A stretch of DNA of 16,260 bases from Oopsacas minuta (taxonomy: Eukaryota; Animalia; Porifera), in the NCBI GenBank assembly GCA_024704765.1, contig JAKMXF010000105.1:1-16260 (forward strand), read 5' to 3'. Below are positions 1 through 9,304 of the stretch, piece by piece (the first letter of the stretch is position 1; each line of letters begins with the position of its first letter). Under the pieces are notes generated by a model that had not been told where the DNA came from, made no database searches, and worked only from the letters and a program-made list of their open reading frames with translations. A program made the translations under genes and the position numbers.

Positions 1-203
1 GATGATAGAAAATGCTACTTCAAAATCTAATGAATATCTCTCGGCAGTATTCGGTTAATCGCAATCAATAAATCTTAAGTACAGGTGGTTTAGTAAGGTT
101 TGGCGATAAATATGAGAGGTAATTGGATAGTTTTACGTACAATTGATGATAGCAAATGTCACTTTAAAACCTACTGTATATCTCTCGACAGAATTCGGTT
201 AAT
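1..203. repeat. Diverged 59-bp direct repeat pair (1-59 and 145-203), period 144 bp
   Basis: Hand alignment of GATGATAGAAAATGCTAC...TCGGTTAAT with GATGATAGCAAATGTCAC...TCGGTTAAT: 50/59 identical, no gaps. Confidence 0.85.
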
Positions 204-1093
204 TGTTTTGGATGAAGTCCTGCTCAGATACTTCTATTAGATAACAAACACATCTACCCCAAAGGTGCAATAAATCTGCTGCACGAAGCTTTGAGGTTAA
301 GAGTTAAGATTCGTATCTGAAAGATATTCAAAAATACTGATTCGGGCGTCACTCAATTTCATTCCATCAATTGGTTCCAGTTCATCCTCGCCTTCATCAA
401 TATCAATTTCTACAAGTTTATGTTCAATTTCTAAAACGGTATCGAAAGCTTTTTTGATATTAGCAGCGTTATCAGATCCAACACGGACAATCTTATGTTC
501 TAATTCCATTCTCTTGCAGGGTGTTGAGTAAACTCTGCGATCCGTTCCCCCGTATGTTTTCCCTTAATTAACGTGATAGTTAGGAGTTCGCTCCCCAGCA
601 TTCCATTTTGATGAATGAATTTTACAACTAAACTTAACATACTTAGTTGTCGTCTCCTTGACCACCCATCAATAGTTAGTGAAGCATATTGACATTTTCT
701 AATTGACTAGATAATTCATCTTTCCTATCTTTGATCATCGGTGTCAAGAGGGAATCTTTTAACTTGCGTCAATAAGGCACCTTGTATCGTGCATTCAACT
801 CGTTAAGCAAGTTTCGAAATTCCCGAAGTTCAACTAGTCCAAATGGCACTCCGGAAGCTATGATAAACTCAGCTAACAATTTATCAATTTTCTCCTGGGA
901 TTCAGATGAAATTTTCTTTGTCTCTCCCTTAATGACTGCCTCTAGTGCAGGTTGTAAGTGTTCTCGTTCTTTTATCCACGTCAAGTATCTATCTTTACAT
1001 GTTATTTATTTTGTGAGACTTTCAAAGTGGCGTTTCAGATAGTGTAAGGAATTGGGTAGAGCCATACCTATCCAGCCACATTCAGCACATCTA
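1..1093 (-). pseudogene. hAT transposase remnant, Ac/ZBED-type, with BED zinc finger
   Basis: Minus-strand frames joined over frameshifts and stops give: BED finger RCAEC...LKRHFESxH (about 1091-1010); IIASGVPFGLVELREFRNLLNELNARYKVP; ASLTIDGWS (first catalytic D); KHTGERIAE; GSDNAANIKKAF (second D). The frame runs off the left edge. The 5' part is cut at the TA at 1092-1093. Confidence 0.85.
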
Positions 1094-1157
1094 CAGGGTG
1101 TCTCAGAAGTTTTTCCTTCTCAGTACTTCGATTGAAGTTGTTATAAATCGAACAGTA

Positions 1158-2476
1158 CAGGGTGACACAAAAGTTCTGCAACAAAATTGAAATAATCATT
1201 GAATACATAAAAGGGAAGTAACAACTCTAAAGCTTGACTAAGAATAATAAACTATAATTAATTACATAATTTCCATACAGTTTGATTCTAGTTCATTTCA
1301 AATCTATTCCCTCGGGCCTTCAGACAACTTCTTACTCTGTCTGGGAACAAATTGCAGGCCCGAGCTACTTCATCTTGGTCTAATACCTACCAAACTTTGG
1401 ACAAAGCCCGTTTAAGTGCTGGAATATTATCGTATGCCCTATTATTCACTAATTCCTCTAATCTCCCCCATAAATAATAGTCGCATGGGTTTAGATCTGG
1501 ACTTGTAGGAGGCCAATCGATAGGGGTAAAAATCCTGATAAATTCGTTGACAACTAATCTTGTGATACTTTCGCTGTATGGGCTTGTGCACCATCCTGTT
1601 GGAATACCCATTGCGTGTTTTTCATGGAGGTTGCACTGATAGGAAGAACATATTTCTTCAAAATTTTGTTTATGTGCAAATCGGCATTAATTTTTAATCC
1701 ATCTGGAATGAATACTAAGGGGTTTTTCCCTTTGCTGAGATTCTTGCCCAAACCATAGTGCTTTTAGAGTGTGTATTTTCTGTACAGTCCGAAATTTATC
1801 TGGAATATCCTTTCTTGTAAGGGAATAAGCACACGAATTTTTGGAGTTGTACCTTTCCTCTATACAGAATCTTTTTCGTCTGAAAGACAATTGATTCACA
1901 GTTAACATTTTTGAGCCAGGTCTGCAGTTTTCGGCATCTTTGTATCCTCTTTGAAATAGTTTGGAGATTAAGAGACTCTACCCTTGTTAGTTTGAAACAT
2001 TTTATGCCTAAATCTTTATGTATTATTCGCCGAACAGATTCTCCGTCAATCCTGACTTTTGCGGCGACCTTCCGGGTGGATATTGTCGGTCGATGGTTCA
2101 AAATCCGCCGAATCTTCTTCTTGTTAGCAGGCGTCCTGACCGTGCGTGGTCGCCCTGATCGTTGAAGATCTGTAATCTTTCCCGTCTCATTATAGCGTTT
2201 AATTGTTCGAGATATAAAATATCGTGTGTGTTTGGTTGAAACAAGGGTTATTAGAATCTGGCTTTGCTTTTTACCATTGAGAAATAATTGAACAACAGCA
2301 GAGCGCTTTTGTTGAAATTCTGATACTCCAGCATAATAATATTGAATGATCAAATATAGTAGGAGCTATAATATAATTGTGTGTTAATTGGATATACATA
2401 GTAGGACTAAGATTTGAATTAGGGTTTACTATTAAATAGTAAGACTGAAATTTGTTGCAAAACTTGTGTCACCCTG
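1158..2476 (-). mobile_element. Full-length decayed DD37D (maT-type) transposon
   Basis: TIRs CAGGGTGACACAAAAGTTCTGCAACAAA (from 1158) and TTTGTTGCAAAACTTGTGTCACCCTG (to 2476); TA TSD at 1156-1157 and 2477-2478; length 1319 bp. Confidence 0.93.
1288..2353 (-). pseudogene. DD37D transposase pseudogene
   Basis: HTH region with RSGRPRT; IVF(S)DEK; FQQDGAQAHTA; WPPTSPDLNPCDYYLWG. There are 37 residues between the second and third D after restoring one base. Several frameshifts and stops. Confidence 0.92.
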
Positions 2477-2613
2477 TATTGTTTACTACCCTACCATTCT
2501 TCAGATTATTATTAGTCTATAGTAGTCCAATACTATAATGAAGACTTAATTTCCTTATTTGATAATTTGTTCATATTTTCGATATTATTTCTCAACCCTC
2601 ACAAATTTCATAC

Positions 2614-3441
2614 ATGGCTGTCATGAAACCGAGATTTGCTGTTCGTGAGCGAGCGATTGGCATGATTGAGGCGAGTTCAACACAGAAAACAGTCGCCAAT
2701 ACTCTTGGAGTCACAATTCCTACAGTTCGCAACTGGTGTAAAAGGTATAGAGCTGGATATTTGCTTGATGACAAGCCCCGGTCTGGACGTCAGACGAAGC
2801 TTTCCGGGTTCTGAAGATTATAAATCGAAAATCAATCCGGAAACGCTGCAATTCAACCCGAAATCTTGCGGAATATATCTCGTCTAAGTCGGTGACCGTC
2901 AGTAAAACACAATTCACCGTAATTTACGCGACACAATCGGAGCGAACGCCTGTAGAAGACCCTTATACCCGAAATTGACTGAAAAACAAAAGGTAAAGAG
3001 GCTAGAATTCTGTCAGGAACGCAAAACATGGACCGATCGTGATTGAGAAAGAGTTCTTTTTAGTAATGAAAGCTCTTTTGAGCTTTTCCATCCGACTAAT
3101 AGGCAGAATGATCGTGTTTCGGAAATTAAACCTCACAACATTACCCAAGTTGAATTAGTCAAAACCCCCCGAAATGATCGTCTGGGGAATGATGAGCCGG
3201 TCAGGGCTATCAGAACTACACTTCATCCCACCAAAACTCTCAGTGAATACTGACTACTATATTAATGAAATCCTGGAGAAGTGTTGCCTCCCTACATTTA
3301 AGCGTAGAAAGACTAGAGCCCCACTTACCCAAAGGAAAATGTGTCCAAAGATGTCCTAGACAATTTTATGCAGGATGGCACCCCTGCCCATACAGCCATA
3401 AGGACTCAGAAATGGCTTTCAGAGCATCTACCTGGCTTTTG
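2614..3441 (+). pseudogene. Tc1-like transposase pseudogene, third catalytic residue missing
   Basis: MAVMKPRFAVRERAIGMIEA...DDKPRSGR; VLFSNES (D>N); NRQNDRV; MIVWGMMSRSG; FMQDGTPAHTA...WLSEHLPGF, then an abrupt switch to hAT terminal sequence. Confidence 0.88.
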
Positions 3442-4318
3442 CATAGCCGTAGACAAGAGGGGGCTTGGGGGGGGCTTAAGCCCCCCCAAATCTTGCCTCA
3501 TCAATTCCCGAAAATTCTTGAAAACATATGTGAAATTATGCTTTATTATTAATTCATGAAGTTATTCCGGATATCTTCCAAACAAACGCATCCTACTCTC
3601 ATTACAAATAACAAATTCATTTACTAATTCTTTTAATGGTAAACCGTTCGTTCTTTGTTTGTGCACATGAAGTAACAAGCACCAATTCAATCGTGCTTGT
3701 CATGTAGTTGTACGGAGGAGGTCTTAAGTCTGTGGAGTGCACTGAAACTTCTTTCACTTGTGGCATTAGTTGCTGGCATCACAAGAATTAATTTCACTAT
3801 TTCGATTACCTCTGAAAAGAAAGATTTTTCTGTACTATTCAAAGATTTGAGATAAGCTATTATTGATGACAAATCCGTCAAAGCTGCTTCACTGCAATGC
3901 AAGAGTTTCAACTGCGTTTGAAGACGGTCTGCATGGGTAAAGTCATCTCCGTAGAATTCGATTATAGAACCAATCAAATCTGAATCACTGGCGTTTTCTG
4001 AACTAGTCAGGACTGTTTCTAAATTTTGGAGCATCTGGAATCCTTTCTGATCAAATCTGTCATTGATAGCTGCCATAGTTAGATCAATTATTTGAAAATA
4101 AATTTTTCTATAACGTTCCTCAACACTAGTTGGGCACTCTGTAGTATTTCCATCTGTTTCATAAGTGCCGGAGAAGAAACCTCGATTGATGATCTTCTAC
4201 ATTCTACATACTTCCAAAACAAATTGAAGTTAATCTCAGTTCTCATATTCATGAGTGTAGAAAGCGTTATCTTCACAAGGATTTGTCCTTCATGTGCTGA
4301 TATCGTTTTAGTTTGCAA
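3442..4318 (-). mobile_element. hAT element 3' end (ZMYM1/Tip100-type), continues into the gap
   Basis: Terminus-like CATAGCCGTAG followed by a G-run/C-run palindrome, and a minus-strand hAT C-terminal domain. Boundary inferred from where Tc1-like homology stops. Confidence 0.8.
3562..4318 (-). pseudogene. hAT transposase C-terminal (dimerisation) region
   Basis: RYRKIYFQIIDLTMAAINDRFDQ...LILVMPATNATSERSFSALHRLKT, then a frameshifted RLNWCLLLHVHK...FGRYPE*. The SERSFS motif contains the third catalytic E. Confidence 0.9.
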
Positions 4319-4931
4319 NNNNNNNNNNNNNNNNNNNNNNNNNNNNNNNNNNNNNNNNNNNNNNNNNNNNNNNNNNNNNNNNNNNNNNNNNNNNNNNNNN
4401 NNNNNNNNNNNNNNNNNNNNNNNNNNNNNNNNNNNNNNNNNNNNNNNNNNNNNNNNNNNNNNNNNNNNNNNNNNNNNNNNNNNNNNNNNNNNNNNNNNNN
4501 NNNNNNNNNNNNNNNNNNNNNNNNNNNNNNNNNNNNNNNNNNNNNNNNNNNNNNNNNNNNNNNNNNNNNNNNNNNNNNNNNNNNNNNNNNNNNNNNNNNN
4601 NNNNNNNNNNNNNNNNNNNNNNNNNNNNNNNNNNNNNNNNNNNNNNNNNNNNNNNNNNNNNNNNNNNNNNNNNNNNNNNNNNNNNNNNNNNNNNNNNNNN
4701 NNNNNNNNNNNNNNNNNNNNNNNNNNNNNNNNNNNNNNNNNNNNNNNNNNNNNNNNNNNNNNNNNNNNNNNNNNNNNNNNNNNNNNNNNNNNNNNNNNNN
4801 NNNNNNNNNNNNNNNNNNNNNNNNNNNNNNNNNNNNNNNNNNNNNNNNNNNNNNNNNNNNNNNNNNNNNNNNNNNNNNNNNNNNNNNNNNNNNNNNNNNN
4901 NNNNNNNNNNNNNNNNNNNNNNNNNNNNNNN
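4319..4931. other. Assembly gap (613 N)
   Basis: Run of N. Contiguity across it is not established. Confidence 1.
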
Positions 4932-4975
4932 AAAAGGTAAGAGAATTTTCTAATTTATGATGAAAGGTACTAAAT

Positions 4976-5004
4976 GATGACGTCATCGTAAATAATGACG
5001 TCAT
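4976..5004. repeat. Two ATGACGTCAT palindromes 18 bp apart
   Basis: GATGACGTCATC at 4976-4987 and ATGACGTCAT at 4995-5004. Confidence 0.9.
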
Positions 5005-5308
5005 CCTCATTAGCAAAAAATATAATCCCATTGTGTTCACTCAGATTTATCTTCAAATAGATACCAATTAACTTTCTATATTAGTACAGTAACTACTACT
5101 TATCAACTAGAACTATAGCAGTGGTTGAAATAGAAATAATGATGTGTTGCAATAATTATTGGACATACTGTATGTCAACATGGTTACTTTGATTCATTAG
5201 TCCTATAATGTCAAACTATCCCAATAAATGAGGAAGCATGCTATCTCCCAGTCTGTTAGATGGTACTTTTTACCCCAAGTAATTTGAAGGTAATTCTTAT
5301 TTTTAGGA

Positions 5309-6102
5309 TTATCTGATATTTTTCAGAAAATTTGACAATATACATTCAATGATTTCCTCGTAATAAACTGCATCAGTATATTAATTGTTTATAATACGTA
5401 TAAAATAGTGGTATAAAACTATTGTTGTGTTCAAATTTAATGTTAGTAAATGATAAAAAGTTCAATTTTCGCAGAGTTTGTCGGGCCTTCTCAATTTTGA
5501 TTTGGCCCTGAGTCCACCATGCATCGCAAATGTTTGAGTGTCCACGTTTTTTCTCTCAACTCCTACTGTCTGAATCTAGTGGAAACACTAGTCTGGGATC
5601 CTCACAACTTGGAAGACAACGTAGTTATCTCCAGATTAGTACTCCTCTGGTTCTCTTCTAATTTCTTCAATGTATCCAAGATCTCATACTGGCTGAACTT
5701 CATTTGATCTTGTCTCTCCTTCATTTTCCATTGATTCACAGCTAGTTGACCGATTTTATCGACAACATCTTCTACAGCTTGCTGAGTTAAGCGACTACTG
5801 GATATCATACTATGATACATAGCCTCCATCCTTGGTATCACTCCGATTATTTGATTATAATCGTCTGGCTGTAAGCCTCCTGAATCATTCGAGTATGACT
5901 GTACTGTAATGGTATTACATAAAGTGTAATCAGGCTGAACAGTATTCTCAGTCGCCCTACAATTGGGCAGCTCTTCATCAATTCAGATCGTTTTTGTAGT
6001 CACTGTTAAACAATCAGCAATGCCATCATCTTGTTTTTGTGGAGAGTTCTCGTTATTGGGATGTTCAATTGTAAACAAACAGGCTAAGAAACGTTTCGCC
6101 AT
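5309..6102 (-). pseudogene. Decayed orphan ORF with predicted coiled coil; possible transposon accessory gene
   Basis: ATG at 6102 (ACAATGG context). Low-complexity N-terminus; then TQQAVEDVVDKIGQLAVNQWKMKERQDQMKFSQYEILDTLKKLEENQRSTNLEITTLSSKL; then frameshifted IKIEKARQTLRKLNF and DAVYYEEIIECILSNF. Needs about 3 frameshifts and several stops. No family recognised. Confidence 0.45.
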
Positions 6103-6181
6103 TGTGAGCAGAGCCTTCAGAAAGCATTTATTAAACATAAATAACTAACGCATTAGTCGAACTGTGAGAGAAATTCAAACA

Positions 6182-6213
6182 AAATTATGTACAAATTATG
6201 TACAAATTATGAC
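6182..6213. repeat. Short tandem repeat (AAATTATGTAC) x about 2.8
   Basis: Units at 6182-6192 and 6193-6203, plus a degenerate unit at 6204-6213. Confidence 0.9.
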
Positions 6214-6310
6214 ACATATTACTATCTCAGAGATATACATATAAAATTAAGATAGGTCAAGATAAACTAAGGACAATTTCTGAACAAACAACAATATCCA
6301 TCAACATCCG

Positions 6311-7290
6311 TCAACACTTGTCACATCTCCACTCGTCTTCTTCGTAATCGTCATTCTCATCCAAACCCTCACAAATATAATGATACCAGGCACTACATGA
6401 ATCACACTTTATCCATATTTACAATTCACAATGAAGAAATACGTTTTGTTCATCTAGTATCCCATCTTCCCCCCCCCCCCCCCTCCCACAAATTCCACAT
6501 TTTTCAACATCTGCCTCGGATTTTGGAACTACGGGAACCTCTGATATTATTTCGGAAGGTATAGGCTCGTTCACGGCTTCATCTTCAGGAATTTAATATT
6601 AGAAAAACTAAATTTCCTACTTTCATACCACTTACCAAATTATCGAATACTTTGAGTACGTTTTCGCTGGCGCTTCAGACGGGTAGCAAATCGCTTATGT
6701 TGCTTTTCTTTCAATTTACCACTGGCCTCAACACGGTTCATATCTAAATTAGATAGCAGCTCAATGATACAAGGAAGAATTGTAACTCCCAACCTTTCCA
6801 AAATCCCTAAAGCTGCCCTGTATCCCTCATTACACCGAATCACGGCTAGAGCACTCCCTAATTTCATTACAGATAAGCCAGTTGCATCTGTCTTCCGCAC
6901 CATTGAAAATAAAATATTATGAACAGCCTCATTGTTATTACTGGTATGCGCATACGCAATAGTATTTACAAAGAATGCTGTATTATAGCGGTATTTTGAA
7001 AAAACAGCTTGTACCAACTCTACAGAGTCTAGACTCAAACATTTTGGATGCCTAGGTAGGTTTTGCCATGTGAAATGGAATTTTGATAGAGGCACCATGA
7101 CCCTACCCCCTAAAGACAAATTTGTGATTTGTTTTGGAATTAACCGAATACTGCTGGACTTTACGTTCGTAACAAACTCCATGGACTCTGTTGAAACTTC
7201 TTCACCTGGGGAATTTGCCCATGAGATTCTGAAATCTGAAATCAGCATTTTTATATCGTTTTGAGATCTTCAGATCCTTACACCTGGAAA
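6311..7290 (-). pseudogene. Kolobok-type DDE transposase C-terminal half fused to a PHD finger
   Basis: Frameshifted NHKFC..G.GSWCLYQ (about 7126-7085); HTSNNNEAVHNILFSMVRKT (E at 6928-6930); LAVIRCNEG...LERLGV; basic tail; KWYESRKF. Then, over a frameshift, CGIC...WIKCDSCSAWYHYIC...EWRCDKC* (6499-6311). Upstream limit approximate. Confidence 0.8.
6469..6483. repeat. C15 homopolymer inside the PHD coding region
   Basis: 15 consecutive C, at the point where the frame shifts between CGIC and the rest of the PHD finger. Confidence 0.9.
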
Positions 7291-8059
7291 ATATTTATTG
7301 CCTTTTATTGACGAATATATATCTAACGGTATGAAACCTGATGGAATATCATATGGTATAACTGATTTAATTATAATCTTATTAATTATCATTTTAATTG
7401 CTTCAATAGGAATCCATAACTAACTCTATGTATTCGCTGAGTATAGATATCCAATATTATCCATGAATAATTATTCTAAGTATTTGCGGTTTTACTTGTN
7501 TTTAGCACCATACAACAAGTCTATGAGTCATAGGTGTAGACTAGCGGTAGAACAGAATGGTTCAAAAATTAATTATTGATCTATTCGTTAGAGGTTATCG
7601 ATATAATAGTAGAAAAATATTCAATAATAATGTGGAGTAAATTCTTCTCCTTTTTGTTAGTCTCAATAATTATGGGACAAACTGTATGTTTAATTTCATA
7701 TATTAAATCGCATATTGGTGCAATCTTCCAACCAGAAAATTAGACATTCTAGACCTATTGTGATTACTTACTTAACCCATTCATAAATTATCCCTTCAAA
7801 TTCTTCAATTTTAAGTATCTTTATTTCATCATCAAAAACTTTCTACAATTTTGTATATCAGTGTAATCAAAGGAAATATCTCAAATTATCTTCCAAATAA
7901 TTTAATTGTACTCACCGTTATATTCAGTAATTTTATACTTTATACTTGTGGTTGTACTGAGAAGCAATTAAATACCCATACTGCTATATTTATGATAATA
8001 ATATTTAAATAAGAAGAAGAACAAAGTAATTTATAATGATATAAATGTGTTGTAGTCTA

Positions 8060-8730
8060 GAAAAAGTCAACTGGATCTTATCCCTGGTCCAAAATAGTGA
8101 AATAGCCTTATGTTTAGTAGGCTATGCTATATGGTTTTATACGTGATCTCAATCTAAAACCTTCTCCTCTTTCCTTTAGATCAGTCTGCCAGCGTCAAGA
8201 AGTGAGAAAGAAACACCGAAACTATATCAAGAATGCGAACGTACACAGACGAACGCGCAGACAGAAACTAAGCAAGTTCCAGCCTGAAATGGATCTTCTC
8301 AGACAAGAAGGTGGACGTACCTTAAAGTCCAGTGGTTTTGGTGTTGAAACGTTCAGTAAGCCATCAAGACCCTTTCAATTCGAGGACAATGAAGACCTAG
8401 AAGAAGCAGATCTTCCCGAGGGACTACCAGCAGAGGCAAAGCCGTGAAACGATGCCTCGTTCCAGCAAGGGACTCTGATGATTCTGAATACTCAACTTCT
8501 ACTTCCGACAATTCTCTAGCAGATAATGAAGCCGATGCTATCCCAAAAGAAACCCGCGTTATGTACCAACCTACGAACCCTCCTTCTCAAAGAAACAAGC
8601 CATATCTATTTGGGCTAGGGTGAAATGGGTAAGATGTACCCGATACGACCGATTATTCCATCGGCGATGCACAGAACTGGACAGGGGAGCTGAGGGTAGT
8701 TCTTTCATCTGTTTTAATAGTGTAACCTGA
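8060..8730 (+). pseudogene. Second, distinct Kolobok-type transposase tail with a degenerate PHD finger
   Basis: Frameshifted GPKIVEIALCL..GYA.LYGFIRDLNLKPSP; basic RKKHR...RRTRRQK; EGGRTLKSSGF; acidic/Ser linker; RVMY (CxxC-like, 8555-8566); KWVRCTRYDRLFHRRC...SFICFNS* (to 8730). Four Cys need single-base restoration. Confidence 0.62.
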
Positions 8731-9280
8731 TATACTCCATAAATTGTGCACAGTGATCGACCAACTATTGGTAGTTTTTTTTTGGCCGCATGAAGAATAT
8801 CTCCCAATATAGATTTTTTCAAATCTATTGGTTGATCACTTGATAATCTCCAAGATGCACCCCTGTCTTGATTGGAGATTATCACACCTTTTGACTTACT
8901 TTTATTGTTTGTTATCAATCAAAAGTAAGGTGTTGTCTTAAGATAAGGCATAGCTTAAGCATTAACCGAAAACGTCCCAACAGTTTTAGGTGTTATTTCA
9001 AAATGCAATAGCTCTTGGATTTTTCAGGATATTGTATATATTTTGAAATTTCCTAAAAACTCGTTATTTTCTACTAACCCATCAAACCTGAGAATGATCA
9101 TAGATCGTGAATCCGATATTAAGCTAAAATTACTAACTTAAATAATTATACTCTAAAACGATATAATTTTCACGGGAACTAAATGAAAATTCCACATTAG
9201 AGTGGAACCTTTCATTTGGTATATAGTAAAACTTCCGAAAGTTTCATTAATTTTGAACGGAGAAGCAATAACAATGATAC

Positions 9281-9304
9281 AATTAGTAGGCAGCACGCCT
9301 TTAA
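9281..9304. mobile_element. Candidate Kolobok-type terminus with TTAA target
   Basis: ...TAGTAGGCAGCACGCCT ends at 9300 and is followed by TTAA (reverse strand TTAA|AGG). The matching opposite end was not found in the sequenced bases. Confidence 0.5.

Larger units (their letters stand above)
1094..3441 (+). mobile_element. Tc1/mariner-superfamily element, interrupted twice, right end not visible
   Basis: TA (1092-1093) followed by a TIR-like CAGGGTGTCTCAGAAG. Its 5' region is split by the element at 1158-2476 and resumes at 2479 into a plus-strand transposase at 2614. It is cut at 3441 by a hAT end. Confidence 0.75.

Noticed and set aside
1-203. CRISPR-like reading of the direct repeats
   Set aside because: Only two diverged 59-bp copies, eukaryotic TE context, and no cas genes.
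4092-5040. Long ORFs in the track spanning the first gap
   Set aside because: Artefacts of translating N runs.
44-7154. Exact 16-bp inverted match GCAGTATTCGGTTAAT (44-59 versus 7139-7154)
   Set aside because: It does not extend, the two sites are in unrelated coding remnants, and it is compatible with chance in AT-rich DNA.
7320-7420. Plus-strand NGMKPDGISYG (PPR-like) followed by a hydrophobic run
   Set aside because: Single short resemblance; Ile/Leu runs are expected from AT-rich codons.
8082-8099. Minus-strand HYFGPG, resembling the parvoviral/Polinton PLA2 calcium loop
   Set aside because: No downstream PLA2 catalytic motif, and it is antisense to the Kolobok-type GPKIVEI segment.
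8571-8918. 115-aa minus-strand ORF
   Set aside because: No recognisable motif, and it is antisense to the better-supported plus-strand PHD finger.
4932-9304. KolobokP-style long terminal direct repeats
   Set aside because: No long direct repeat is visible between the left and right flanks in sequenced bases; the gap prevents full exclusion.
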